Shown here one piece after another: positions 48,121-60,015 of a stretch of 64,000 nt of DNA (the first letter of the stretch is position 1; the number at the start of each line of letters is the position of its first letter). The translations under genes were made by a program, and so were the position numbers. The notes under the pieces are model-generated. The model made no database searches. It was not told the origin of the DNA and was given only the letters and a program-made list of their open reading frames with translations. The DNA is from Rhina ancylostomus (taxonomy: Eukaryota). The stretch lies in assembly GCA_030265395.1 (NCBI GenBank), contig JARFYF010000029.1, positions 15,833,150 through 15,897,149 on the forward strand, given 5' to 3'.

Positions 48121-51100
48121 AAAACTTTCCCAATTCATCATTTTGTTTTGCCGGACACCTGCTGGTCTGAGGAAGTTCTCAAACGTTGTGTAAAATAACT
48201 CAGTGGGCTGGAGATGCAAGTGTCTCCAGTGAGAGCCCTGATCGTCACATTCCCAGCCACAGTTCCCATCTCTTCATGACCATGCCCTCAGGTACCTCCT
48301 ACCTCATTCATGGGGGAAGTTTGCAGTTCCCACATTGGTCTCATCGTCCACCAGGATAGAAGCAAGCCATCCTCAATCCCAAGGGACTGCCTAAAAAAAC
48401 AGACGTGACAGTTCCCTACTGTCTACATTTCCTGGAAACATAAGCAGTGAAGCTTCCATACTTAACATGTAATTAAATTAATTTCCTTTTTGGTTTATCT
48501 GTTTTCAAAGTTGTTTCTCGCTGACCATCTGAAAACCAAAACCACAGCTGACTTAAACTTATGTCTGAACTAACCATGATGTACATTGGTCTGAAAATCT
48601 TACTCCCAGGTTTCTCATATACAGTATGTGCGTGTTGGTGGGGACAGGCAGTGGTGAACGTGGTGATGAGGGTGTGATGGAAGTTCGGGTAGAGAAAAAG
48701 AGATGCAGTTGGTTCTGTTTCAAGCTTTACATTGTTTGTTATAAGAAATCATGAACTTACCATGTCAGCTACAAAATCAGAATAACTGCCCCAAGGCTGA
48801 TGTGAATTGGCCCTTACTCTTAGAAATTTAACAAGGCCATTTCTTTTTCTTCTCAAAACACTGATAGGAACCAATTTAATTCATGAGCATGCACAACAAG
48901 ACTCTAGGGCGTGGAATCTCTGGTATGGAGGACAGGGCTGCTGTTGTCCTGCTTTTCAGGAGAATTAATCCAACAAAATCAAAAGACACCTACAATACAG
49001 AAACCGGCATGTTTTTAATCTGAAAGCACTACATTTTCCATTTAAAAACCAAAGCACATCACTCTTTATTTTCCCACAAAACACTTTCATTTGCTGTTTT
49101 ATTGTAAAAATAGTATGTGTTTGTACTAAGTACATTACTACTGGCTGGACAGCAATGAAGTTTAGAAGTGTCCGATCTGAAACTGAGTTGTGGGAAATTC
49201 CTTTTGGCTGCAAAATCCAACAAATCCGTGACCAAATTTCACAAGAAATGCTGCTCAATGGCATTGGCAATTTATTTTGATTGAGGCAGGACAGGAGTGT
49301 GAAGTAAATTGTTTTATATAAAGAGTACAGTTTCCATGCTTTGAATGTGCATTTCATTAAACATTAGTTGGAAAACAAATTGATTAACAATGAAAAAACT
49401 TGAATAATTTGTCACTGAGAATTTGTTGGAAATTAAGGTTTAACAATAATTGTGGAACACAATAGCCTTTTGGAACCAAATGAAAATGAGTGCGTTATTT
49501 TAAATGATTCTAATAAATTACCTATTAGTACAGTGGCCATTAATAATACATGGTAACACAGGATGCCGAATTTCTAAGGATGACGTAAAATCAGCCTCAT
49601 GGCAGAAATCATGTTACTCGATTGTCTTTTACTTGTTTGTATTCTCTGCAAATAATTGTTACAGGCACAAGTGCAAAATAAGATAGTTTTTAAAAGCTCC
49701 AAGGGTCTGGTATATACTCAGCCATGCAGTTGCCTGGATGCAGACTTCATACACATATGGTTGGAGACCAATAACAGCTGGAAATGAAACAGTGTCTCAG
49801 AGACAGAAAAGAAAGGAGCAGGGCTAAAAAGAATTAAGGGCACACACTTTACTTCTATCAGTTAATTCACCAACACATTCCACAGCAGATGAAATAAATA
49901 AAAGAACTGGGGCACCTGAAATGAAGAGGTAGTGCCTTCCATTCTTCTACATCTCTTGAATTAATTAGCTGGAATGAGTCACGTCAATGTTTTGGGAAGA
50001 CCGAGTGCGGCAAGTAGAAATTGTGAGAACTAATCTTGGTGAGAAACTTTTCTTCCCTTTTCCTCTTTTACAGTTCAGAAGCCCGGATCACAGGAACAAC
50101 AACAGGATAGGTACCTAAATCAGATGTGTCTACACAACAAGCATTAATTGAAGTCTCACTTGCCAAGCTCCGAGAAAGCATACTAATGAATTTTGAGGGG
50201 GAAAACGGAGACAAAGATGTTTTAGATATTTAACTCATTTCTTTCATGCTCCTTACCAAAGACATCTCAATAAGTAAAGACTTGGTTTTATTTGCCATAT
50301 ATCTGACAATGATTTACACAAATACTGGCTGCTGGATATGTTGCAAACCCACTTATGATCTCCAAGACCACAGAACAAGTAAAGGCAGGCCCCTGATTTC
50401 AATTATAACCTACATAATAGGCCGAATCAAGTGGATTCTGCCTATTGCCAGGCCTTGCTACATGTGGTCTGCATGTGCCTGCAGGTACCTGGGGTAAATG
50501 AATTTAGTCTTCACACCCAGGAGGAATCTCGTGAGGTCCTGTGTGTCTTAGCAACAAGCAAGTCTCAGATGGCATGCCGAGACCCTACACCCAGGACAGC
50601 CTTTTGGCATTTGAAAGGAGGGAGATGTGGGGATGGGGCCCCACCTGTCAGGACTTTGTAATAGGTTTTAGGTCTCCAATATTCAGAAAAATGTAAACAC
50701 TGTCAAGATTTATATAAAAATAAGTAAAATAGTGGGAACTATTTCAAAATGTAAAATAAATAATTTAATTAAACATCAAGGGGTAATTAAAACTAAAATA
50801 GTATTTGTGAAAAATAAATCACTGAGCTTACCTTTCCCATCTAATCTTCAAGCTGAGAATTCCTCTTCATCTGAATGGGATAACTGTCCTGAGCCTAGTC
50901 CAGTAGGTTCCATGTGGAGTTCAGTGATGGAATATGAGTTACAGACGTGCTGGCACCTGTAAATCAGCACATCCTAGGCCGACAGCATAAACCTGAAACC
51001 TACTTGTCTGGGAGCGCCTGACACTGGCAGTTCCAATACTGCCAGCCTGATTTGGTCCCACTACGTCTAGTAACAACTATCGATCCCAGGCAGAGGAAAA

Positions 51101-52834
51101 TAAAGCACAACACATTAGTTTTGACATGTGCATCTGTTTAATATGAAACATATGTGGCTCTTCACTGATATATCAAAATGAAAGTGTACTTCAAAGTTCT
51201 TGCCTTTTCATTCATGTAAATCCCACCTAACGCGAATAGTCTAAGACCTTATGATGTAGCCGTAATAATACTTGAAGTTAAAGATATAAAATAATTTTTA
51301 AAAAAATACACAGATTTGGATTTTAATCCTCCTTCCACAGTCATCATTTCTTTGTGGGGTTTTGGGAGATGAAAGAAAATGTACTTTTTGGCATGCTTTT
51401 ATTAAAAAATAGATAACATACTATAGAAGCTGGCTTTGAAGTTCACCTTGTGAAATAAATCCACATCGATTTATGTTAGACCTGGTCTCACCAAAGTTTG
51501 TTCAGTCCACCTGTAGAGATCCACGAAAGATATAAATCTTTAGATCACAAGTGTTCGAGTCTATTAGGAAATTTATGGAACTGGAAGTCAGTTCTAAAGA
51601 AGATGAGATGTTCAACCATATTAGGAACAACAACTAAATGCATCAGAACACAATTTATATTGGATGAAATTTACCAAATATATGATGAACAATGCAGTGT
51701 CCAGTTTCAGAGACAGCACAACTGTCAGAATGGCCTACTGAATTTGCAAGTTGAACAGGGAAATACAAAATTGGTTGTTCAGGAAAAAGCACAAGCAGAG
51801 ACCAACAACTATCTCCATGCACTCAAACTTTATTGAAACCTAACTAGACTGGTTTAAGTTTAAATATCTGTAAATACTGGTATCATTCAAAAATGGGATT
51901 TGAGTTTGGGTTGCCCAGTTGGGAATTCAGTGTTTGAGGTTATGCTTTGAAATTCCACCAGTTGAATCAATTTACAACTTTGTACAAACTTGTTAGAAGT
52001 GAAGAGCTTTTGAGGAAGTGTGAAAAATGATCTAGTATTGGAAAATAATATTAAGTCTAATCATTGATATATAGAGTGCAGTCTAATGCTTACAGCTATC
52101 TACAGGTTAGAATGGTTGCCTCTCATATTTGATATTACAACTCACATTGAATTCTTAATTGACCTTTGCACAAAGCCTTCCCTTAAACAGTTTGACAACA
52201 GTAGTGTATCTGGATAGCCTGTGATCTACTGAATATTCATCAACCACATCAGATGTCTCCAAACCTGAGTGGGACTCATTTAGCATTTGTTGGGGGGGGA
52301 GCAGGAAGAAGAGGTGGATATAGTGTATCACTAACTACTAATGAGTGGAGTTTGGACCTGCCCATCTTTCCTGATTAAGGAGGATGAAGTCATAAGAAAA
52401 ATAACTTTAAGTGATTTTTAACCAATCTAATGTATTTGGAGTCCTGTTTCTTCTGTAGTGCAAATGTGGCTCTGTTTTATGATCAGCACATAACTGCCTA
52501 GTTGTATTAACCTAATGTGTGAGAGACTTTCTTTTGGTTAGGAATCTGTCACGGTCGGGGTGCCTGAAGACAAATAATTCTCTTTAGACAGGATTCAGCT
52601 TGCAATGAGCCTATGAAAAAATGCAAGAAATAACCTATTGTTACAAGACCTCAACGGTATAAGTGGGGTCAAATGCTGTGCACAGATGCACTTTCTTATG
52701 TGGCACACTAACAGTTTTATTATTTTGCACTGCCCTGTTAAAGGGGAATGGTATCATTATTTTGAAGCAACCTCAGTAAAAATTGCAGTAAAACAAACCC
52801 TATTTTCAAGGAAAACTGTCTCAGAAATGGACTG

Positions 52835-53600
52835 AAATCCATTTAGCTCCTCAAGCCTGTTCCACTATTTAATGAGATTATATACGCTCGTCTTCTAACT
52901 ACTTGTATTTACCTTTGATCATATCCTGCAAACGTTTTGATTAACTATCTATCTCAAATTTAAAATTTACAATTGACCAAGCATCAATTGCTTTTGGCAA
53001 AAGTGTTCCAGACCTCTGCCACCTTTTGAGGAAATATTTCCGAACAAGCCTTGAAAGATCAGGCTCTAATTTTTGGAGTGTGCCTGTAGACTTAATCCTA
53101 GATTGTTTGTTGGCTCCCCTTAATATCTTGAAAATTTCAAACAAATCATTTTAATGTCTTCCAAGTTCCAGGAAGAATAACATAGTTTGTTTCTGTAATA
53201 CCTTTCTTAAAAATTTAACCCTTGACCATGTAGCCTTCTGGTAAACACTTCCCTGCAGAAACTGTTCACTGTATTCTAGGAGTGGTCAATGGCTGTAGCA
53301 CATCGTTCACCTGCCAACCCCCACCCGTCCACTCCGATATTGCAACCCTCTAGATCAGAAATATTTTGGGTTTTTTGATCCAAAGTGGACAACTTAACAT
53401 ACTCCTATACTGAAATACATTTGCCACAGCTTTGTCCATTCATATTAATCTCCCTTTGTAATTTAATGCTTCTATCCAAACTGCTCACAAAGCTGTCTCT
53501 CTTTATATCCTTAAATATGTAGCTCTTGGTGCCATTATTCAAGCTGTTTTAAAACATGGTGCGTAGTGTGGCACAGCACAGATCCTTGTGGGAAACCATT
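52835..53600 (-). mobile_element. Old CR1 3' fragment (continues ~54720-54870 and ~55200-55450)
   Basis: tagctcctcaagcctgttccactatttaatgagatta tail; FEIFKIL…KAIDAWSIVNFKFEIDS; cacagatccttgtgggaaacca (VxQGSVL relic). Confidence 0.65.
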
Positions 53601-53639
53601 ACTGCAACAACCAGCATTCCTGTGGCATATTTTAATGTG

Positions 53640-54700
53640 GCAAATCATCCAAAGAATTTCACAAGAACTTTTTCATGAAAGCCCAGAAGTGATCGAGGCA
53701 GGGAGGAGGATTTCGGCACCAGATGAGGCAGGCGTGGAAGCAGTGAAGTAGATGCAATTCATCATGGGGTCAAATACAATTCCAGAGTTTAAAAGTCTGC
53801 TGCAGTTTCAGACAGATGACGGGGGAGGATGGATTTAGTAGTTGGGAGATTGAGTTTGTGTTGGGGCTTGAAGAAAATAGCTTTAGTTTTCCCAAAAACT
53901 AGTTGGAGGAAATTTTTGCTCAGCAAGTGCTGAACATTGGTCCTACAGTCTGTCAGCTTAGAGACCGAGGACGAGAGAGGAGGTCGTCAGGATAGAGGAG
54001 ATAGGAAGATAGGTTTAAGATAATGGCTTGTGGAAGGCAAAGCAAACCAGAGTTTAACTTGCACTTTTGAATAATTCTGCAGTAATGAACACTTTTGGCA
54101 TATGTGAGCAAGAACTAAACTAGTCGTCCATCATGTTCAATTCTGCATTCCTTAGAATCAGGGAATGGAGATGAGGGTTGTTCCATGGGGAATATCCAAG
54201 GTGGGTGGGTGGAATGGCTTTAGTTGGAATAAGTCTATTGAAGGCGGGCTTGCAGAAATGTCATAGCAAATAGAGAACCACATAGGAGGTAGATAGGATT
54301 TTGAGAATATAGATGTTGATAAATTGGGAGTGAGCTCTTTCCAGAGGTGATAATGGAAGATGCAGGGTTGGGTGAGGTAAGGGAGATGAGTGGAGACTGA
54401 TATAATGAAGTAATACAATGCTCGGAGATGGCCTTACCTGTGTGCAAGACAATACAAACATTGAGAGAGTGGAAGAATGTGTACGAGAGCAAAGGTGCAG
54501 GGGGGAGGGAATAGAGAGAGTCTGACTGGGCGCGAGGGGGCGGGGATGATCAGAGAGGAAAATTTGAGAGAGGGAAAGGGGACCATGGGATCCATGGAAC
54601 CCAAGGGGTGATCTGAAGAGAGCCACACTGCCACTGTATGGGTGGGGAAAATGATAAAAGTTGCTGTGGAGCAAATAAGGTATCATCACCCCAGTTTACC
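53640..54700 (-). mobile_element. Degenerate L2-clade LINE
   Basis: Minus strand agcaaaaatttcctccaactagtttttgggaaaactaaagctattttc is a frameshifted SKNFLQL…GKTKAIF relic; purine-rich plus strand. Confidence 0.6.
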
Positions 54701-54879
54701 CCAAGGCAATTATATTGATACAACAATCCAAAGTGTAAAATAAGTTCCTGTCAGTTTGAACACCAGTCTATTAATACTTCTGTCTCTTGCTGCTCAGCTA
54801 TTTTCCAAACCAGGTTAAAAATTTGGCTTCAATTCTATGAACTTCAATCTTAGCTAATAGTCTCTCATAATCGACTTTA

Positions 54880-55052
54880 TGGTGGAGTGCTCAAGTTAAC
54901 TATCCAGAGACCCAAGTTCAAATCCCACCGTGGTAGCTCTGGAATTTAATTGCAGTTGCCAGAAACCACTTAATTGCGAGGGTAATTAGAAATGGGCAAC
55001 AAGTCCTGCCCTGCTAGTGACTGGCCAGATCAAAGCAAAAGAGCAAATAAAA
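54880..55052 (+). mobile_element. Internally deleted tRNA-derived SINE
   Basis: atccagagacccaagttcaaatcccaccgtggtagct (B-box-like) joined to the tail gggtaattagaaatgggcaacaagtcctgccctgc…aataaaa. Confidence 0.6.
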
Positions 55053-55534
55053 GCCCTTGTAAATTATATCCATTGCCATTCCTTATCCATTCCAACTACT
55101 TGGATCATCTCATTGGAATTCAATCAGGTTCTTCTAGTCCGACCTTCACTTTACAAATTCATGGTGAATTGCCTTGGTCAACTGAAAATTCTCAGTGTTC
55201 AGTGAGAACCCTTGATTATAGACTCCAACAGCTTACTAACAAACAGACATCACTCTAACTTGTCTATGGTTCCATTGTTTCCTTCTCTTATCTTTCTTAA
55301 TTAGTGGAGTGACAGGTACAATTTATCAATTAAAAGAATCAAGGCAATTTTAGAATATTGGATCCTAGAGTGTATGTGGAGATCTCAACCACATCCTTTA
55401 AAAGCCTGAGATGGAAATCATTTGGTCCTGAGGATTATCATTCTTTAGCACAACTATTGTATTACGCACTGTTATCTGGTTATTTTTATTTTGATAGATT
55501 TCTATCCTTGATACAATATTAGTTTTCTTTGAGA

Positions 55535-55709
55535 TTTTAAATTTAAATTATATTTTATTTACAGCATGGTAACAGGCCCTTCTGGCCTAATGAGTCTGTG
55601 CCACCCATTTCAAACCCCATATTAACCAACCCGTATGTCTTTAGAATGTGGGAGGAAACCGGAGCACCCAGAGGAAACCCACGCAGACATGGGGAGAATG
55701 TACAAACTC
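55535..55709 (-). mobile_element. V-SINE (HE1-like), V domain plus 3' tail
   Basis: gtgggaggaaaccggagcacccagaggaaacccacgcagac is the reverse complement of the conserved V-domain; CR1-like tail. Confidence 0.92.
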
Positions 55710-56011
55710 NNNNNNNNNNNNNNNNNNNNNNNNNNNNNNNNNNNNNNNNNNNNNNNNNNNNNNNNNNNNNNNNNNNNNNNNNNNNNNNNNNNNNNNNNNN
55801 NNNNNNNNNNNNNNNNNNNNNNNNNNNNNNNNNNNNNNNNNNNNNNNNNNNNNNNNNNNNNNNNNNNNNNNNNNNNNNNNNNNNNNNNNNNNNNNNNNNN
55901 NNNNNNNNNNNNNNNNNNNNNNNNNNNNNNNNNNNNNNNNNNNNNNNNNNNNNNNNNNNNNNNNNNNNNNNNNNNNNNNNNNNNNNNNNNNNNNNNNNNN
56001 NNNNNNNNNNN

Positions 56012-56197
56012 CCAATTTAAACCCATATTAACCTACCCGTACGTCTTTGGAATGCGGGAGGAAACCGGAGCACCCAGAGGAAACCCACGCAGACATGGGG
56101 AGAATGTACAAACTCCTTACAGACAGCGACGGGAATTGAACCCCGATCACCGGCGCTGTAATAGCGTTGCCCTAACTGCCACGCTACCGTGCTGCCC
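56012..56197 (-). mobile_element. V-SINE (HE1-like), tRNA head plus V domain
   Basis: Minus strand gggcagcacggtagcgtggcagttag (A-box-like), GGTTCAATTCC (B box, 56142-56132) and V domain; CpGs retained, so relatively young. Confidence 0.92.
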
Positions 56198-56739
56198 TAA
56201 CGTGAGCTTAAGTCACATACAGCCTAACTGTAAAAGTTCAATCAGGTGTTCGACAGGGAGGAACTTAAAATAGTGACAAAGATTCTAGATTTGGGTAAGG
56301 AATGATAAATTCCCTCTTTGATGGACATTAGTTAACCAATACTCAATCTAACACAGCCAGCTGTCTTGCCACATCTAGGATACATTTTTGCAGGTAAGTA
56401 TCCAAACATCAAAATAATTCATTATATTTATGACTCACTGGTCTGTTTATCCAAATCTATATAAAAGTTAAAACTTCCCTCTAAAAGTACTGTGCGTTTG
56501 CTGTACAGCAGGCTTGCTCAATCTCTGCACTTATACATTCTACCATTTCAGTCACTAAAGCCTACATTTCTGCTATGGTCTTAAATCCTTTTCTTTTCCT
56601 TAATCTTACCCATTACTTGTTTACCTCTTATATCCTCATTGCTGAAGTAATTTCACCCTTAATCATTCTTAATCACTGAGGCTAATAAGTACATTGTAAG
56701 TACGTGAGATAAACAGCTTTTCAGGAGAGTGGAATACAA

Positions 56740-56890
56740 GATACAACCCCTCATTTGAACCAGCTTTGTAAAAGGTTTCATCCTTTAACTTTCAGTTCTG
56801 ATCAAAGCTCCACACCCAAAACACTTGGTCTTGTCTTTCAAAGTGGCTAGACCTGAATTTCTACCACATTTTACTTTTACTTCAGTCTTT
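56740..56890 (+). mobile_element. Degenerate PLE terminal repeat
   Basis: ttcagttctgatcaaagctccacacccaaaacac…gctagacctgaatttctaccacattttacttttacttcag. Confidence 0.45.
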
Positions 56891-57869
56891 CCTTTTTATT
56901 TCTGCTGAATGTTTCATGGCTAGCATTTCTATTAGGTGTCTGCACCCAAGCACTTGCAACAAAGATGACAAAAACCCCAACATTTTCAGCACTTTAAACA
57001 TGACCGAAAGCAGAGCCAACTGTAGAAGCATGCTGTGGATCACAGTTAAGGTGAGGGGTTCGCAGACAATTTATCACACATATAGCAGATGGGGTGTATA
57101 CTCCCCCAGGGCTTCAGGAGATAGCTGACACCTACAGCTGAAGGTAATTCATTTCTCAAAACAAAAAAGAACTAAAAAGTGTGATTTTAAAATATAACCC
57201 TTTAAAAATATTTTAATTTATAAGGTTCGTTGTAGTAGTAGTAGTTTGAAGTCATTTTAGCTCAAAAATATTTGAAACATGCCTGGTACAAATTAAGCAG
57301 CATAGGCCATTCTATGATCTGAATGAAAAGGGACAGATGCTGCAAATTAAGAACTTTTAGATAAAAAATAATTTGTACACTTAATATGTAAAATACTGCA
57401 AATTTTAAATGTAAAATTTGATCTGCATTCTAGTTCCTCATTTATTCAGTTTTGTTAGATTAGATGACATTCAACTTCACTTTAGATATTGCTCTGAAAG
57501 TGTTCAATTTCAAATAGTTTCAGAACATTATTGTTCTATTGAAAATTTGTAAGAATTTTTAGGGAAACAATACATCAAGTTCATTGCAATTACAGAAACT
57601 AAACACCACATGTTTTGTATGTGCTATTTATCTTTGCGTCCTGGATTGAACCATCAACATGACAGGTCTCATTCATCTGAGAACTCTATTGTACAATGCA
57701 AGTAATCTGCAAATAAGATTAAAAACATCACACGGTGGCTTGATTGTCCATTGACAGTACAGGTCTATGGCTAACTCATTGATGACTTCTATTGTTACAC
57801 AAAATCATAAATAGTAATCTTGAGGGTTGTGTGCTAGTAACCTTGTCTTTTGTGGCTTCTGTATTTCCA

Positions 57870-58060
57870 TGATCTTGGGGGAGCCATCACTGACTTGAAA
57901 CTTAATCCTGATCGGCCATAAATACAGTGCTACAGCATAAGTCAGAGGGTGGATATCCTGTGGTGAGTGACTAGTGCTGATTCCCCAAAGCCTTTCCACC
58001 ATCTACAAGGCACATGTCAGGAGTGTGATGGAATAGTCTATCAAGCTTTAAAAGGTGGTG
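57870..58060 (+). mobile_element. LINE RT C-terminal fragment (CR1/L2 group)
   Basis: LGGAITDLKLN and IPQSLSTIYKAHVRSVME relics. Confidence 0.7.
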
Positions 58061-59438
58061 CCAATGATCAAAGTCTTACAAATACTATGACATCTTGGGT
58101 CTCCAGAAGTATGCTGCGCTCATTTCAAAGGCAACATACACTGTGCTCATTTCAAAGGCAATTGGTTAAACACTGGAAACGACACTAGCTTTAGCAAGGC
58201 AAGCACTGATTTCTGTATCAGTGATGACACACTGAAGTGGGATCCTTCCTTAATTGCCATCGGTCTTAAGACTGGGTGGAACAAAGACCCAAGGTGGATC
58301 TGAATGAAATATACCTTCTATTTCCTTCAGAATGATGGTCATCCCAAAATCTATCCTTCAGCCAAAAAGTACAATGATATTTGCTCGTCTTTAATTGTAT
58401 GGCTACTAATGACAAAACATCAGCCAAAAGCAAGTCTTGAATAGCTGAAGGCATCTACTTTGATTTTGGTAATGAACTTTATTTCGTAGTCTCTCACCAT
58501 TCCTCCCCCTCATTAATCTCCCTGGCTGTTCTCTCAAATTGAACAATGCTATTCACAAGTCTGGTGTGAGAAATGATGGCAGACAGTCTTTGTCCCTCTC
58601 CCTCGAGGGCACAAGGTCAGGCAGGGGTGGTGAAGTTGAGCAAAGGCAGGAGTTGGGGTGAGGGATAATGGGGATAAGAGAGGTGCGGAGGCAGAAGCAA
58701 AGAGAAACAGTGAAGGAAGGGTCCAGTGGGAATTGGAAAGAGAGAAGAGCTAAAGGTGATAATGATTCACCCACAGGATATTGTTTTCAGTTTTTCCACA
58801 GTCCTCTTGAAATAGCCACTGAGATCCTTGTCTATTCTGCATCCACCATTACTAGTAATTTCAGGTTCTCTGTCCCAATTCCCTTTACAACTCTACTGTA
58901 TAATTACAGGCAACATCTTAAACCCTAGACTTGAAAAAATATACCACAACCCTAATAATCCTTTACACATTGAACTGTCAGCAGCTCTTACAACGGAATC
59001 TCCAATTAGCAAGGTTTATTACTAACCTGAATCTGATTAGCAGATGCAGCTGCTGGAACTCTCCCTCCTCCCCTTTTGTTGCTTAAAATATGGAAGTTAG
59101 CACAGCAATATTGTAATAATTCAATAAAGGCAACCATTCTCGTAAAGAATGAAAAGTTGAAAGACTTTGATTCATTATAAGTGAATACATTTATACCCAA
59201 TAATCATAAGCAAATTCTGATTATAAATGGAAATAGTCTCCATGAATGATAACAGCGTTTAATTCTTGAAATCATCACACTCAATTTAATACTGTTTTAC
59301 TGACAAAATATTTTGTGTGTATTTGAAAAGTGCTAACATCTGCCTACAAGTTCAAATCCCATGAAACAATTCTTCTGATTTCGCCTTCAGCATTAAACCC
59401 CACAACTCTAATCAGTGTCTTTGTAAAATGTGCAATAT

Positions 59439-59533
59439 TTTATTGTTTGACATGAGTTTGTAGAAAATCAAATCAATTTTTAATATATACCCATGTTTGA
59501 TGTTGGTTGATGTATAATTTAGAGCAATTTATT
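59439..59533 (-). promoter_or_regulatory. atxn10: Candidate atxn10 polyadenylation signals
   Basis: AATAAA on the minus strand at 59533-59528 and 59444-59439, about 300-390 nt after the stop codon. Confidence 0.45.
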
Positions 59534-59830
59534 ATTGCATAATCAGATTTCAATCCTGGATATGCTGAAGGCAACCATTCTCTTGCATAGTTAATATTCT
59601 TATCACTAGTCAGTCTTAACCTGCATATCACAGCACTGTGAGACTCTTGATACCAGACTGATAACAATCTAGAGAGAGTAATAAATAACATTGTGTATTT
59701 TAAACAAAGAACCATTTTCCATCACTGCTTTCCTTTCATCTTGTTCATTTATACTTTCTTCCTGGTGTGTCAAATGACTGGAAAAATAGATCAGTAGATC
59801 CACGTCGTGATAATATTTTCCAACATGCAG

Positions 59831-60015
59831 TTATTCACACTTTTCCTGTGACTTTACATAAAGTTTTCCATTTTGCTCTTCAACCCGCAATCCCATGCTG
59901 TTTAGCGCAGCATTATCTGCTACACCCTGATGTACCATCTGGGATATCACTTCTTGATTCTCTGCGTTCTGTTCTGTAAGGACACGAATGGCAAAAACTG
60001 CCCATTGGCTCACAA
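59831..60015 (-). CDS. atxn10: Ataxin-10, C-terminal coding exon
   Basis: Minus-strand acceptor ttccttaactccatatgccatag|TT GTG (AG = complement of 60016-60017), phase 1. Peptide (F)VSQWAVFAIRVLTEQNAENQEVISQMVHQGVADNAALNSMGLRVEEQNGKLYVKSQEKCE* aligns with the human ATXN10 C-terminus FLTQWVIYAIRNLTEDNSQNQDLIAKMEEQGLADASLLKKVGFEVEKKGEKLILKS. Convergent synteny with wnt7b is as in human. Confidence 0.92.

Larger units (their letters stand above)
5605..56011. other. Assembly gaps (N runs)
   Basis: N at 5605-5859, 6342-6351, 12129-12166, 16596-16695, 20215-20320, 28441-28450, 30746-30767, 36210-36309, 39137-39200, 39817-39916, 47928-48027 and 55710-56011. Four are exactly 100 N (size-unknown placeholders); most abut repeats. 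Confidence 0.98.

Noticed and set aside
56125-56197. tRNA gene
   Set aside because: A and B boxes are followed by the V-SINE domain; it is a SINE head with no complete cloverleaf.
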